Shown here in pieces: positions 1 to 47,112 of a stretch of 53,046 bases of DNA (position 1 is the stretch's first letter; the number at the start of each line of letters is the position of its first letter). The position numbers and the translations under genes are program-made. The notes under the pieces were generated by a model that made no database searches, was not told where the DNA came from, and was given only the letters and a program-made list of their open reading frames with translations. This DNA is from Octopus bimaculoides (Eukaryota), in the NCBI RefSeq assembly GCF_001194135.2, contig NC_068987.1, forward strand, positions 30,503,597 through 30,556,642. The letters are read 5' to 3'.

Positions 1-617
1 TTTCGATATAGGAGAATATAATGTTGCCCAAAAATCACGTTTTCAAAATTTTAATTTCACCCCTCTCTACATCAATTTCTTAAGTTTTAACTTTTTTCTC
101 GAATTTTTTTTTTAATCCACGAAGAAAAATACAGAGATTACAAATCTGGGATTTTTTTTTAAAGTCTAATTTTTCTTAAAGAAACACTCAATGCTCCTCC
201 CCCATCTTTGCCTGTTAATACTAAACTTAAAGGTACGTTTAGTCCTCTCTTTTTAACACAGTATTTACGTTCACTGAAAGTTTAAGAAATAAGTTAAAAT
301 CCATTCAATCACCACAAAAATATCTGCGTTTTTGTAAAACCCCTAGATGAAAAAATCGTTGGAGAAAAAAGTTACCTCCTGATCAAAGATGACTTTCGAT
401 TAATTTGAAAAAAAAGAAAGATTCTTATTATCAATTAAATTCTCTTTTAACATATTTAATAATTGACCAAGGGACGTAACTCTATAGTACAAACTTATAT
501 GTAGGTCTTTCCTTGTTTTCTTGGCACATTGGCACAGTTCGCATGGAAAATTAAAATATTGAGAAATATTGTCTATCTTGTTTTATCATTTACACTTAAC
601 AACGAAATTGTTAATAA

Positions 618-1026
618 GGTAATCTTCCAGTTTAGGGAGGTAAAAAAAGTAAATAAAAATACAAGGGAAATAACTTAACGTCTTACTAGTATTATCCGTA
701 CTACTCTGAAATGTGTGTTTTTTTTAGCTGTTTATAGATAAATCACACACGTGATTGAATATCATAGTACCGGCTGCACAACAACCTATGGTAATCTTCC
801 AGTATAGGGAAATAACGGTCAAACTAAAGCGTTTGACCCGAGCTCATAAAAAATTTAAAAAATAGTGTAATAGGTGTAAAACAACTTCCTGTGAATGAAT
901 ATGAAGAAAAAAATGCGCGCTCGCGAACGGGTGGGGTGGGGAGAGTACGGATAATACTAGTAAGACGTTAAGTTATTTCCCTTGTATTTTTATTTACTTT
1001 TTACCCCACTAAACTGGAAGATTACC
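618..1026. mobile_element. MITE with ~85-bp TIRs, Merlin-like termini
   Basis: 618-702 (GGTAATCTTCCAGTTTAG...ATCCGTACT) is the near-perfect reverse complement of 944-1026. Flanks TGTTAATAA/CGTTAATAA form a 9-bp TSD with one mismatch. Confidence 0.75.
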
Positions 1027-3206
1027 CGTTAATAACATGTTTTTCAAGATATTCAAGCATTTTATAAAGGTTTTATAAAGCTGAGTGGGTACAGCATGGA
1101 ATTGGCTGCTTCGTGATATTTATTCTGTCTGCTCTCTGATTTCCAATCTTGACAAGCTCATCTTAGCCTTTTATTCTTTGGACGTCGATTAAAAAAATAT
1201 ATATATCAATCTACAGCGGTGGATTGGTAGACGAGCTGTTAGAACGTTGTGTGATATTACTACCAGCTCCTAAGGTGGCGAGCTGGCAGAATTGTTAGCA
1301 CGCCAGACAAAATGCTTAGCGGCATTTCGTCTGTTCTTACATTCTGAGTTCAAAGGATCTTTTCAATCTGACCGACAGATTTTTTTAATTAATTTAAATT
1401 TTTTTTTCACTAAACACATTGAAACTTCGGATACTGGTAGAATGTGTCACATAGAACAGGGTTTACTCTTAACGTTTTATATTTTAGAAGTTATTTCGTG
1501 TTAAAGTTGTCGTATTTGGGTAATTTTAACCAATGAATGACGTGTACTCAGCTGAAGAAAATTACTGCTGCTGTTTGGGAACGACTTCCGGTTCCAGTCC
1601 CCTAACAAAACCTTTCTTTAATAACTAGAGATGTTTTTAGAGCAACATAGGTTGTGGCTGCATGACCTGCTAGAAAAAGTAGCCAAACTTTTTTTTATAT
1701 ACAGAATAAAAAAAACCTCTATCCTGCACATAAGTCCAGATACTTGGTCTCTCCTAAAGAAAGCATAACATAAGATTATACCATTATAAAAATCCTTGGT
1801 GCTCCTAAGATGCCCTCGCAGCATGCTATTTCAGAACCACTAGTTTAACCTTATATATCCAAATATTTATCTTCATTTAAGTCCAGCTAGCTGTATGTTG
1901 GTGAGTTCATTATAAAATTTACAAGTAATTGGTTTACAGTGCTTGAGTTGTACTTGTCTAGTAAGTGATTTGAGATAACACCGTCGTAGTTAAAAGTTGC
2001 TGTCTGGCTTCTGGTCAATCCCGATTGACCAAATATATTATCAAAGGTTAATGTGTCCTTTTCTAATTTAAGACATTGTAGTATGATTGAAGGAAGATTT
2101 GACTACTATTTCTAGCAAGGTAAGCTACCAATTAGTATCCATTGTTGGTGTTGGTGGCGGCAAAATTGGTGCATGGAGATCCACAGCTGAAGTAGTGTTG
2201 GGTTATATCAGTGAAAAATGTTAGTTGTATTGTGTGAGTGCTCAGCTTAAAGTCAGTCAATACAGCATTGCAGTCTTGACCAGGGCTTAGACGAAGTAGT
2301 TTTCTTTGTTAATGGTATGTGGTTAAAAAAGAACAAAAGTCTAAATCTAACAATATCTATTGTTACTACTTTGAATTTCAAAGAAATTATGGCATTCAGA
2401 ATTGTTAGGATAAATAACTTATATTAATTGTTCAAATCCCGCTGATTTCAACTCCGTCTTTCATTCCTTTTGGGACAAATAAATTAAGAACCAATCAAAT
2501 ACTGTAGTGGATTCTACCCCTACCTCTCTCGGAATCAGATAAACTGTACTGAGAGAGTTATGGGTAATAAATCACAGTATCCCTTGGCACTAAAAGAGGA
2601 AGGAGGGTTCAGCTATTGAGCTTAAAGCTACCACTTTTCATCTAGTTTACTTTAAGAAACTCTCCCGGTGTANNNNNNNNNNNNNNNNNNNNNNNNNNNN
2701 NNNNNNNNNNNNNNNNNNNNNNNNNNNNNNNNNNNNNNNNNNNNNNNNNNNNNNNNNNNNNNNNNNNNNNNNNNNNNNNNNNNNNNNNNNNNNNNNNNNN
2801 NNNNNNNNNNNNNNNNNNNNNNNNNNNNNNNNNNNNNNNNNNNNNNNNNNNNNNNNNNNNNNNNNNNNNNNNNNNNNNNNNNNNNNNNNNNNNNNNNNNN
2901 NNNNNNNNNNNNNNNNNNNNNNNNNNNNNNNNNNNNNNNNNNNNNNNNNNNNNNNNNNNNNNNNNNNNNNNNNNNNNNNNNNNNNNNNNNNNNNNNNNNN
3001 NNNNNNNNNNNNNNNNNNNNNNNNNNNNNNNNNNNNNNNNNNNNNNNNNNNNNNNNNNNNNNNNNNNNNNNNNNNNNNNNNNNNNNNNNNNNNNNNNNNN
3101 NNNNNNNNNNNNNNNNNNNNNNNNNNNNNNNNNNNNNNNNNNNNNNNNNNNNNNNNNNNNNNNNNNNNNNNNNNNNNNNNNNNNNNNNNNNNNNNNNNNN
3201 NNNNNN

Positions 3207-3556
3207 GCTGGAGCACCGCCTTTAGTCGAGCAAATCGACCCCAGGACTTTTTCTTTGGAAGCCTAGTACTTATTCTATCGGTTTCTTTTGCTGAACCGCT
3301 AAGTTACAGGGACATAAACACACCAGCATCGGTTGTCAAGCGATGTTGGGGGGACAAACACATACACACATACATATATATATATACATATATACGACAG
3401 GATTCTTTCAGTTTCCGTCTACCAAATCCACTCACAAGGCATTGGTCGGCCCGAGGCTATAGTAGAAGACACTTGCCCAAGATGCCACGCAGTGGGACTG
3501 AACCCGGGACCATGTGGTTGGTAAGCAAGCTACTTACCACACAGCCACTCCTACGC
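3207..3556 (-). mobile_element. tRNA-derived SINE, family A
   Basis: Head GCGTAGGAGTGGCTGTGTGG...GGTTCAGTCCC (A/B boxes), CORE-like ttgggcaagt segment and internal (TA/TG)n; many near-identical copies in the window. Confidence 0.85.
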
Positions 3557-4824
3557 TAATTGTATATAAAAAAAATATTTTGTAGATTGTAGAAGTATAA
3601 GCAATTTATTGCACATAGATTCTTACAACAAAATATCATATAGACTCCCGAGAATCATTATGTGATTGTTGAACCAGCTAGAAATAGAAACCAATTCTTT
3701 TTAATATCGCACACGTGTCTCAGAAAATGGAAGGGAATACCGGACAAGCAGTGTCAGAAAAAAGTATGACATAGTAATAGAAGGAATGTTTTTAGTCTTG
3801 TATGCTGGATTAAGGCTGATCTAAGACTAAACGTTGTTGCAGGAAGCATCAGCTTCGACGATAACGCCAAACATTTGTATTTGTATAAAAAAAAAGGCAA
3901 TTCCTATTATCTCCCTTGCATTGAATAACTGAATCTACTTAGCAACTTCTACCTTAAAGGTTTGAGCTACCCAACAAATTCAGTATCATCTTTAACCCAT
4001 TAAGACACAGTATCCTAAAACAGGACAGCCAGAAAATTATACAGTACCAAGTATTTATTCTTATTTCACTTTCCACTAATTACTAACTGACATGGATCAA
4101 AATATAATCATTCTTTCGTCATTTTTTCTTTCTTACTGATTGTTTTTGTTTAATTGTAGTATGAAAATCAATTTTCTTGTATAACTGGCTTAAAACTTGA
4201 TTTCAATCCTGCAAGCTGAAGACAACTTTGATAAAGACAAGCCTGTAAATTAATTTAAAAATTAATGTCTTGGAATTATCTCCCCCTTTCTCTGAGAGTT
4301 ACCACCAGTTGACGATTGAATTTCTTTTCCTCCTTCAAATTCCTTACCTTTTTCTTTTTCACTCATTGGATTGTAGCAATGAATGAGGCACCGCCTTAAA
4401 GCATCTAATTGAACAATTTGACTTCAATACTTACATTTCAAGTCTGATATTTCCTCTAGCGATCTCATTTGCCGAACAGCTAAGTTACGGGTACATAAAC
4501 ACAGATAGACACATATACATGCATGCACTCATGCATACATACATACATGTGTGTATAAATAGATAGATAGTACTGATCATCACTGGTAACTTCTATATCA
4601 ATAGTAGTAAAACCAGGATATGGGGTATGCTAGACTTGATAGAGTGCAGATCAGGTAGAAGTTAACACATGCTGCAATGATGCAACGTATACAGTACCAC
4701 GTACCAGGCAAGGATTGGTCTCTTGGTCATTAGAAATAAATGAGGAAAAAAAACAAAAAAACAAGAATACCTACCATTGTTGATGCTGACGAATTTGTGG
4801 TCTGTTTTTTTGGATAATGAAATC

Positions 4825-5048
4825 GGTACTACTAAAGCAGCGCGGACCCGAACGGGCAGTCGCGCGTCCGCGCTAGCTAGTCGTGAGTGGTCGATCCTAA
4901 CCCTAACCCTAACCCTAAACACGTATTCATTTACACACGTGGGTTAGGGTTAGGGTTGGGACAGGGTTAGGGTTAGGATCGACCACTCAAGACTAGCTAG
5001 CGCGGACGCGCGACTGCGCGTTCGGGTCCGCACTGCTTTAGTAGTACC
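4825..5048. mobile_element. Palindromic MITE with internal telomeric (CCCTAA)n/(TTAGGG)n tracts, Merlin-like
   Basis: About 90-bp arms starting GGTACTACTAAAG, 3 mismatches in the first ~72 bp; perfect 8-bp TSD ATGAAATC at 4817-4824 and 5049-5056. Confidence 0.85.
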
Positions 5049-5502
5049 ATGAAATCAAAATGTAAATATATTTCTGTCACTTTCAATAATGATGATTCAG
5101 TTTTTTTGATCAAATGAATTATTTGCTCATTGAATTAACATGTAAGTGGTTGAATATTCCACAAATCACATATACCTTTAATGTAATTCTCAGGCAGAAA
5201 ATAAAGTGACACAATGTGTGACAAAGCTGCACCTTTGAATTACATGTACAATCCAACTGATAGGCTTCTATGCAGTTTCTATCTAACCAATTTAATTCAA
5301 AAGGCATGGGTTGACTTGAGGCACTGGTTAGAGAAAGAGTTGCCCACAATTTCATGCTCTGGGATCAAATCCAATATCTTATGGTTGTGAAGCAAACTAA
5401 CCATTTGGCCTTACTGTATCCACATTAAGCAACTACACTAACATGGTTTTACATATATTAAAAATGCTCCTGAGAGAAATCAATATAGGGTCAACAGTTA
5501 TA

Positions 5503-6014
5503 GGCGTAGGAGTGGCTGTGTGGTAAGTAGCTTGCTTACCAACCACATGGTTCCGGGTTCAGTCCCACTGTGTGGCACCTTGGGCAAGTGTCTTCTACTA
5601 TAGCCTCAGGCTGACCAAAGCCTTGTGAGTAGATTTGGTAGACGGAAACTGAAAGAAGCCCGTCATATATGNNNNNNNNNNNNNNNNNNNNNNNNNNNNN
5701 NNNNNNNNNNNNNNNNNNNNNNNNNNNNNNNNNNNNNNNNNNNNNNNNNNNNNNNNNNNNNNNNNNNNNNNNNNNNNNNNNNNNNNNNNNNNNNNNNNNN
5801 NNNNNNNNNNNNNNNNNNNNNNNNNNNNNNNNNNNNNNNNNNNNNNNNNNNNNNNNNNNNNNNNNNNNNNNNNNNNNNNNNNNNNNNNNNNNNNNNNNNN
5901 NNNNATAGAATAAGTATTAGGCTTCCAAAGAATAAGTCCTGGGGTTGATTAGCTTGACTAAAAGGCGGTGCTCCAGCATGGCCACAGTCAAATGACTGAA
6001 ACGAGTAAAAGAGT
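5503..6014 (+). mobile_element. SINE family A, interrupted by assembly gap
   Basis: Same head and tail (...ccacagtcaaatgactgaaacgagtaaaagag) as other copies. Confidence 0.85.
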
Positions 6015-7141
6015 CTGACTCTTTTACTTACACTATAATATATTTTTTGGATTGAATCCAATGAAGGAGATACATATTAAAAGGATCTGTCAAATCTTTC
6101 TCAAATCACACTGTACTCTCTTAAAAATGAAAGACACTCTTGATTAGCGGTTCTCAACCAGAGTTCATATGATCTCTGGGGGTCCATATAAGATTTTTTG
6201 TGGGTCCACATAAGCAAAATAGCAATTTGGGGATCTACAGTTGTATATTAAGGGACTATGAAAAAGATCTGCTTTAGATGTATTTATTACCAGAAACAGC
6301 TAGATTTCTGTCTTTAACGTTTTACATAGTTCAACCTACACGAGTGAATGTGTGAAAAGCAAAATAGGAAATTTGGAAGAAATATCTATAAAATTCGTTT
6401 TTAAACTTCAAGTGGTGATGGGGGTCCACCAGAGTAATCACTGCTCTATATAATGTACTTCCAGATTGCTATAACATATGCTTTGAAAAAAATGTATTGA
6501 CAATGATGGTGGTGGTGGTGGGTGCTGCTGTTGTTTCTGTCTAGTACCTATTGATCTCAAAGCTGGTATGGTGTGATGCATTATGGCCTCACAAGGAGCA
6601 CAACACAAAACAACTGCCTTTTAAACTATTGTTGACATGTATATTTATATTGGGCTTCTGCACAATTTCAGCTGACCATATCAGTGTGATAAAGTTTACT
6701 TCCCATCTACATGATTCAGTTGTAGCACCTTGGGCAAGTATCCTCTGTAAGAGTCTTGGGAAGACCAAAGCCTTGTGAGTGGATCTGGTAGATGGAAGCT
6801 GAAAGAAGCTCAGATTGAGTTACTGTCTTGTAAACTTATATTTTCTGTTATTTTGTTCTATACCAAATGTATTAATTGTGGTTTCTGTAGTCATGGAGGA
6901 CAAGGATCTTAGTTTTCTTGCTTTCGTTTCTTACTTCTTGCTCCATTTTTGTGTCAACCTTTATGTTTTTTCGTATTTTCTCACTGTCCAGTGTCCTTGT
7001 TTTTTAATATATATATATATAATGTACAAGCAGAGCCTGAAAGATTGCTTGGAAATACATGGTGTATTTTATAAATATGCCTAGTTAAAGTATCATAAAA
7101 ACATGAAACTATTTAGTAGCTCTTTCAGTTGAGTATATATA

Positions 7142-7476
7142 CAGGGTGATTGTAAAGTAACTCCCTATTTTAAAATACTTATAGATTATTTATTGGTTGT
7201 AATTTTTACCCCCCACCCCCCCAAAAAATAGATATGAGAGGAAAGCTTTTAGTTGGAGGTTTTATTTAAAATTCAATATAGGCTGCAGATGTCGCCACCA
7301 GTTTCTTGAGTCAGTCTGGAATTGTGTCAACTAACTTCACCAGAAACTCTGATGGGATGGAAGACATATAGCTTCTCATATTCACCCTTTATGTTCTTCT
7401 GGAGTCTTTAGTTTGGTACAATAGACTTGTTCCTTTAACCAACCCCAAAGAAAGAAGTCACAGGGTGTTTAAGTTA
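7142..7476 (-). mobile_element. Tc1/mariner-superfamily (DDxD type) transposon 3' end, truncated by gap
   Basis: Minus strand encodes PCDFFLWGWLKEQVYCTK (SPDL-P-DFFLWG motif); terminus TA|CAGGGTG at 7140-7148. Confidence 0.75.
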
Positions 7477-8507
7477 NNNNNNNNNNNNNNNNNNNNNNNN
7501 NNNNNNNNNNNNNNNNNNNNNNNNNNNNNNNNNNNNNNNNNNNNNNNNNNNNNNNNNNNNNNNNNNNNNNNNNNNNNNNNNNNNNNNNNNNNNNNNNNNN
7601 NNNNNNNNNNNNNNNNNNNNNNNNNNNNNNNNNNNNNNNNNNNNNNNNNNNNNNNNNNNNNNNNNNNNNNNNNNNNNNNNNNNNNNNNNNNNNNNNNNNN
7701 NNNNNNNNNNNNNNNNNNNNNNNNNNNNNNNNNNNNNNNNNNNNNNNNNNNNNNNNNNNNNNNNNNNNNNNNNNNNNNNNNNNNNNNNNNNNNNNNNNNN
7801 NNNNNNNNNNNNNNNNNNNNNNNNNNNNNNNNNNNNNNNNNNNNNNNNNNNNNNNNNNNNNNNNNNNNNNNNNNNNNNNNNNNNNNNNNNNNNNNNNNNN
7901 NNNNNNNNNNNNNNNNNNNNNNNNNNNNNNNNNNNNNNNNNNNNNNNNNNNNNNNNNNNNNNNNNNNNNNNNNNNNNNNNNNNNNNNNNNNNNNNNNNNN
8001 NNNNNNNNNNNNNNNNNNNNNNNNNNNNNNNNNNNNNNNNNNNNNNNNNNNNNNNNNNNNNNNNNNNNNNNNNNNNNNNNNNNNNNNNNNNNNNNNNNNN
8101 NNNNNNNNNNNNNNNNNNNNNNNNNNNNNNNNNNNNNNNNNNNNNNNNNNNNNNNNNNNNNNNNNNNNNNNNNNNNNNNNNNNNNNNNNNNNNNNNNNNN
8201 NNNNNNNNNNNNNNNNNNNNNNNNNNNNNNNNNNNNNNNNNNNNNNNNNNNNNNNNNNNNNNNNNNNNNNNNNNNNNNNNNNNNNNNNNNNNNNNNNNNN
8301 NNNNNNNNNNNNNNNNNNNNNNNNNNNNNNNNNNNNNNNNNNNNNNNNNNNNNNNNNNNNNNNNNNNNNNNNNNNNNNNNNNNNNNNNNACCGGCACGAA
8401 GGCCAGTCAGGCGGTACTGGGAACGGCCACGCTCAAAATGGTGTATTTTACGTGCCACCTGCACAGGAGACAGTCTAGCGGCACTAGCAACGATCTCGCT
8501 CGAATGT

Positions 8508-8552
<45 letters not shown>

Positions 8553-9355
8553 CATGTGTTACTGTCTCTTTGCCTTGACATTGTGTGATAATTAATTGTA
8601 AGCAAGTGTCTCTGTCATGCAATGAAGTTGGTGTCCTTTGTTTCCAATCTTCCATGAAAAAATGTTGATCATGGGGACATATTACCTTACTTTGAAACAG
8701 GTGAGGTTTGGCAACAGAAAGGACATGACTGTAGAAAGTATGTCTCCATAAATTATGGCCAACCCATACAAGCATGGAAAAGTGTATGTTCAAACAATAG
8801 TCAAGAATGATAAAAATATTGGTCCAGTTAGTAAAATGAAATGAAAACTAGAACTAAATTGTTGTGAAATAAATTTTGTAACTATACACAATCAGGGTTT
8901 TTAATTTTTTTTTTCTGATTTAAAAAAAAATATTCAAAATGGTTTAAAACTTTATTCAAATTTTATTTAGTTGTAAAACTCTAAATAGTAACAAATTTAT
9001 AACTTGAAGCCAAGCATTGGAAAAATACTGTTTATGAAAATATTTATGATAAAATAGTTAAATATATGCTTTTCCCATGTATTCAAACACCATTATTTTT
9101 GGCAAGTTCTTTGGATTTTTTCTTTAAGTTTTTAATTTATTTTTAAACATTGTTCCTCTAACTATTGTCCAGCTATTGGAAGGGACAAACCATACAATAT
9201 TCACTCATTTTAATGTCTGTTGAGTTTTTTTTTTGGTTTATTTTTATAAATATATTTTGTTTTTGTTTTTATTCTTTGTCTGGCTAGTTGGTTGGCTGGT
9301 TGGTTATAAATTAAAAAATAAAACAAAACAAAGAATATCCTAATTAAGAAGTGTT

Positions 9356-42909
<33,554 letters not shown>

Positions 42910-43789
42910 CTGAAATGAAAGACAACCAAGACTTGTAAAGCGGTACAGCGGTTATAGTTATAGTAGTGATTGTATTATGGCAGTGGTGATGGTGGTGGTG
43001 GTGAGAACTATTATATATGACACTATAATGTGTATACTTTAATCCAATAAATGTTTACACGTGTTCAAAAATAATTTCGGGTTTCTAACACCCAGAGGGA
43101 ACATGCACGTCTTACAAATGGAAGATCACAATTTCTACTCAGTGGGATTTCATTAAATTTCTTCTTCCTTTTATTCGTCAGCCTCGTACGCTTTTCATAG
43201 GACTCATGCTCTCGAAATTATTTTAGAAGCAATAGTGAATGAAAATAGTCATATTGAATGCATCTATATTGAAAATTGATATATCAACATAAAAAATAAA
43301 TCTATAGTAATTAAGAGCTCAATTAATAACAGGTCGTTTAAATTTAATGTTATTTAAAAATTTGTTTAATTTAAATAAATCATGCAACCCAATTATGTAA
43401 CCGAATCTTTTTGTCACAATCACAGTATGAATAATATGCGAAATTTATATATATATATTTTACTTTTTGAAAATACAGTAATTCTAAATTAAGTTAATTC
43501 ATGTCCGATAGAGTGTGTTGTATACTTAGACACTTATATCCAAGTATCATATTTAAATGATACATTGTAGCACACTTATCTCTAAGTGCATAGCTAGCAT
43601 ATTTAATTCATTGAAAATGCCATTTGATATATAAACAATTTTAAAAAGCATGGGTCCAGGTGATGAGATTCTATCATATTGATTGCCTGACCTTTTTGTA
43701 GTCACACCAGTATGTTCTCTCTTGTACATGTTATAATTACGGAGAATTTTACAGCAAGGCTCTGTCTGTCTGTCTGTCTGTCTGTCTGT

Positions 43790-44251
43790 GTCCCAGTGAA
43801 GACCTCAATAAAATGTAAGCACAACAGACCCGATATAATGATTTGGGATAGAGAAGAGAAACTGTGCACAGTTGTGGAAATTAGCTGCCCAGCAGATGTT
43901 AACATAAAGCTGAAGATCAGTGAAAAAGAAAATACCTACGCTGAACTATTGAGAAATCAGCAGTTGCTCTATCCAGTTTACAAGTTCAAGTTTATACTTG
44001 TAATTATTGGGGGCCCTAGGGTATGTAACACACTGCCTAAATACTAATCGTGAGAAATTAGGCTTCTCAAAACCAGAAAGGAGAAAGCTAATTCGAAGAC
44101 TACAGATCCAATCCATCACTGGAACTTTAAACATCTGTAAAACTTTCCAGAAGTTTATCATTTAAATATATGTGAGCATGTCTAGATATGTAACTATATG
44201 CATGAGAATACATACATAAAGCAAAGCATACAAATCTGTACATATACATAC

Positions 44252-44282
<31 letters not shown>

Positions 44283-44417
44283 CATAAAAACAAAAATATC
44301 CTGTTGTTGATGTTGAAAGTCCAATGAAGGAGGCTTGAATCCTAAGTTAGAAACCGGCTCTTACTCTATTGGCAAGAAATCTTGAAATAAAACTGAACAA
44401 TGACACACATACATACA

Positions 44418-44449
<32 letters not shown>

Positions 44450-44450
44450 C
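43790..44450 (+). mobile_element. 5'-truncated RLE-type (R4/Dong-like) non-LTR retrotransposon
   Basis: HNRPDIMIWDREEKLCTVVEISCPADVNIKLKISEKENTY is a PD-(D/E)xK restriction-like endonuclease motif; the element ends in (TACA)n. Confidence 0.8.
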
Positions 44451-46922
44451 ACGCACACGCACGCATACGTATAATTTAAACAAAAATAAGCTAAGAGAAA
44501 TAATTTAGAGTGGCCTGTAGCATGCATATAGCATAGAAGAATACGAGTGTGTGCTTAACTGGCAAAATATGACCATCCCCAAGTATAAAAAATAACTTAA
44601 ATTCTTGATTAATTAAAGTTATCTCCACCCTGTCTCAATTATCCAATGCATGGGAAACAGGGAAATACTCTCAAGAATCAAGAATTCTCCAGAATTGTTA
44701 TGCAATGAAGGAAAAGAACAGGCTTATGGTTTGGAGAGAAGAGAAAAGTCACGTTCTTGTGTTTCTGCCTCAATCGGTGCCATCAGCACGGCAATTACAG
44801 AATTAAATCAGGCAATTGGCCAGACTGACACATTCCAACCCATACTATTCATCACTGCATATCAGAGTGTGCAGTTTGGACATCCTATTATTGGAAGGGT
44901 GGTTATATCAGTCACGACACCTCGTCCAGCTGATTAACTACGTACTATAGGATAGTTCTATCAAGACTGTGCTGGGGTTATACAACAATAGTCAATATCC
45001 GAAGTCACTGCATCGTTGTTTAACCGTCGTTGCTATAATTTGAAGCCAAATCTTCTTCGCATTACACTCTAATGTTCTGAACACAGAAAATAAGTACCAG
45101 CAAACTAATACGTACTGACTCAAGGGTTTTATACTGTTCCTCTTACAAATGCGTACTGTTGCGTTCTTATTATCAGTTAATATATACAATCGAATAGACC
45201 CGTTAATTTAGATAGTATGGGCCTTGTGCTTTGATAAAAACTTCCTGTATTCGATGGTGTATCGGTACAAAAGTTTCATATCTGATAAAAATCAATATAA
45301 GAGGCTAATTCAGCTTCGCATATACTCTTTAAGATAAAGTGCATTTTCATTGTTAAAACCAAACAGATGTTCTACGTACGATACAGTACATAGTAGATAT
45401 TGCTGAATGGAAAATAAACCAGGCAAATTATGACAACTGAAAAACATTATATGTTATTAACCCTATTTTTAGCACGTAGAAAATAGTTACGCTGGATCGG
45501 AGTCAAATATATACGCGCGCGCGCACACACACACACAAACACACACACACATATGTACTCACACACGCGTGCACACACAATCTATTTTTATTTAGCATCT
45601 TTATCCCATCGGAATGCTCATTCCTTGGTTTATCTTTCTCGTTCTAGAAATATCTATGTGTATCGTTATGTATTCCCATAACGATATAGCTGAACACAGC
45701 CGTGTTGCTAAACGTGTGAGACTGACGGCCGAATGTCTTATAAATCCAGATTCGGAATAGGTTGATGAGAGCTCACATGAGCAACAAACAATCTAAGAAG
45801 AACTATAGTAGCTTGGACAGCGGTGAGAGGGGAGTATTCTTGGATATATTTCAACCTTGAGAACACACAAAATTCCCTTCTATTCCTCGATTAATAGTCT
45901 GTAGTACGAACTATCGGACCACGTCTTTGTCTCATGGTAACCACATTTAGTTTAACTGTAACCATTTATATTCATTTCCCCACCGCTTTCTACTAAAGGC
46001 ACAAGGCCTAAAATTGTGGAGAAATGGAGAGCCAATTCTATTGACCTCAGTAGTCAAGTGGTACTTATTTTATGGACCGAGAAATGATGAAAGGCAAAGT
46101 CGACTCCAGCGGCATTTGAACTCAGAGGAATTTGAAATCAGAACATAAAACGGGAAGAAATGCCACTAAACATTTTGTCCGGCATGCTAAAACTTCTGTC
46201 AGCTTGCCACCTTTAAATTATAGTAATAATTATCTTTAATAGTAACACAAAACTATATAAATATTGTGGAGATGACTGATTGTAGTAGATGACTGTTGTG
46301 TATTCGCTCACAAAACAAGACGCTATCACCATTGGAAGTCCTTGTTTCATTGTCAATTCAGCCGTCAAACAGATTAATAATTTATTTGCTCTTATAAAAG
46401 GGATAACTGATAAAACGATGGCGGTGGAATGGTAAGTACGATAGTGCGTCAGACGAAATGTTTTGTATTTAGTTACATCAACTGTTTATGTTTGCAGTTT
46501 ATGTATCAGCAAAGCCGACTTTTTCATATATATGTCTTCAGTTGATCCTTTTGGAATCGATAAAATAACTTCCAGTTGAACACTGAGGTCGATGTAGTTG
46601 ACTTACCTAACTCCACCCTGAAATTGCTATTATTGAAGCAAAACGGAGCAAATATTTTATGACGATGAGGATGTTGACGATGATGATGAAGATGTCCATT
46701 ATAATAATATTGGTGTCAAATTTCGGCACAAGGCCAGCAACTTAGGAGGAGGGGTAAGTCGATTACATCGACCCCAGAAACCTACTGGTACTTATTTAAC
46801 CGACCCCGAAACGATGAAAGGCAAAGTCGATCTCAGCGGAATTTGAACTCAGAACGTAAAGACGGATGAAATGCTGCTAAGCATTTCACTCGGTACGGTA
46901 ACGATTCTGTTATCTCGCCATC

Positions 46923-46965
<43 letters not shown>

Positions 46966-46987
46966 TAATAATAATAATAATAATAAT

Positions 46988-47110
46988 CCTACGCAAAACA
47001 CTTTCAATACAGTAACCATAAGAGCATCACAGCAAACCACAGCACATACCCCAGGCACACAGAGCTGCGCTCGGTAGTGAAGTGAAAGCACGTTATAAAA
47101 ATAAAACTAT

Positions 47111-47112
<2 letters not shown>
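46988..47112 (+). mobile_element. Very short 3' end of a Dong/R4-like LINE between two (AAT)n tracts
   Basis: LRKTLSIQ* then a UTR with AATAAA; (AAT)n at ~46925-46987 and ~47113-47180. Confidence 0.6.

Noticed and set aside
4896-4977. True telomere or chromosome-fusion site
   Set aside because: Only a few repeat units, enclosed by TIRs and a TSD; a head-to-head fusion would have the opposite polarity.
44650-44937. 95-aa plus-strand ORF or hidden PKG exon 1
   Set aside because: No recognisable domain; the minus-strand frames contain stops and no zipper or pseudosubstrate motif.
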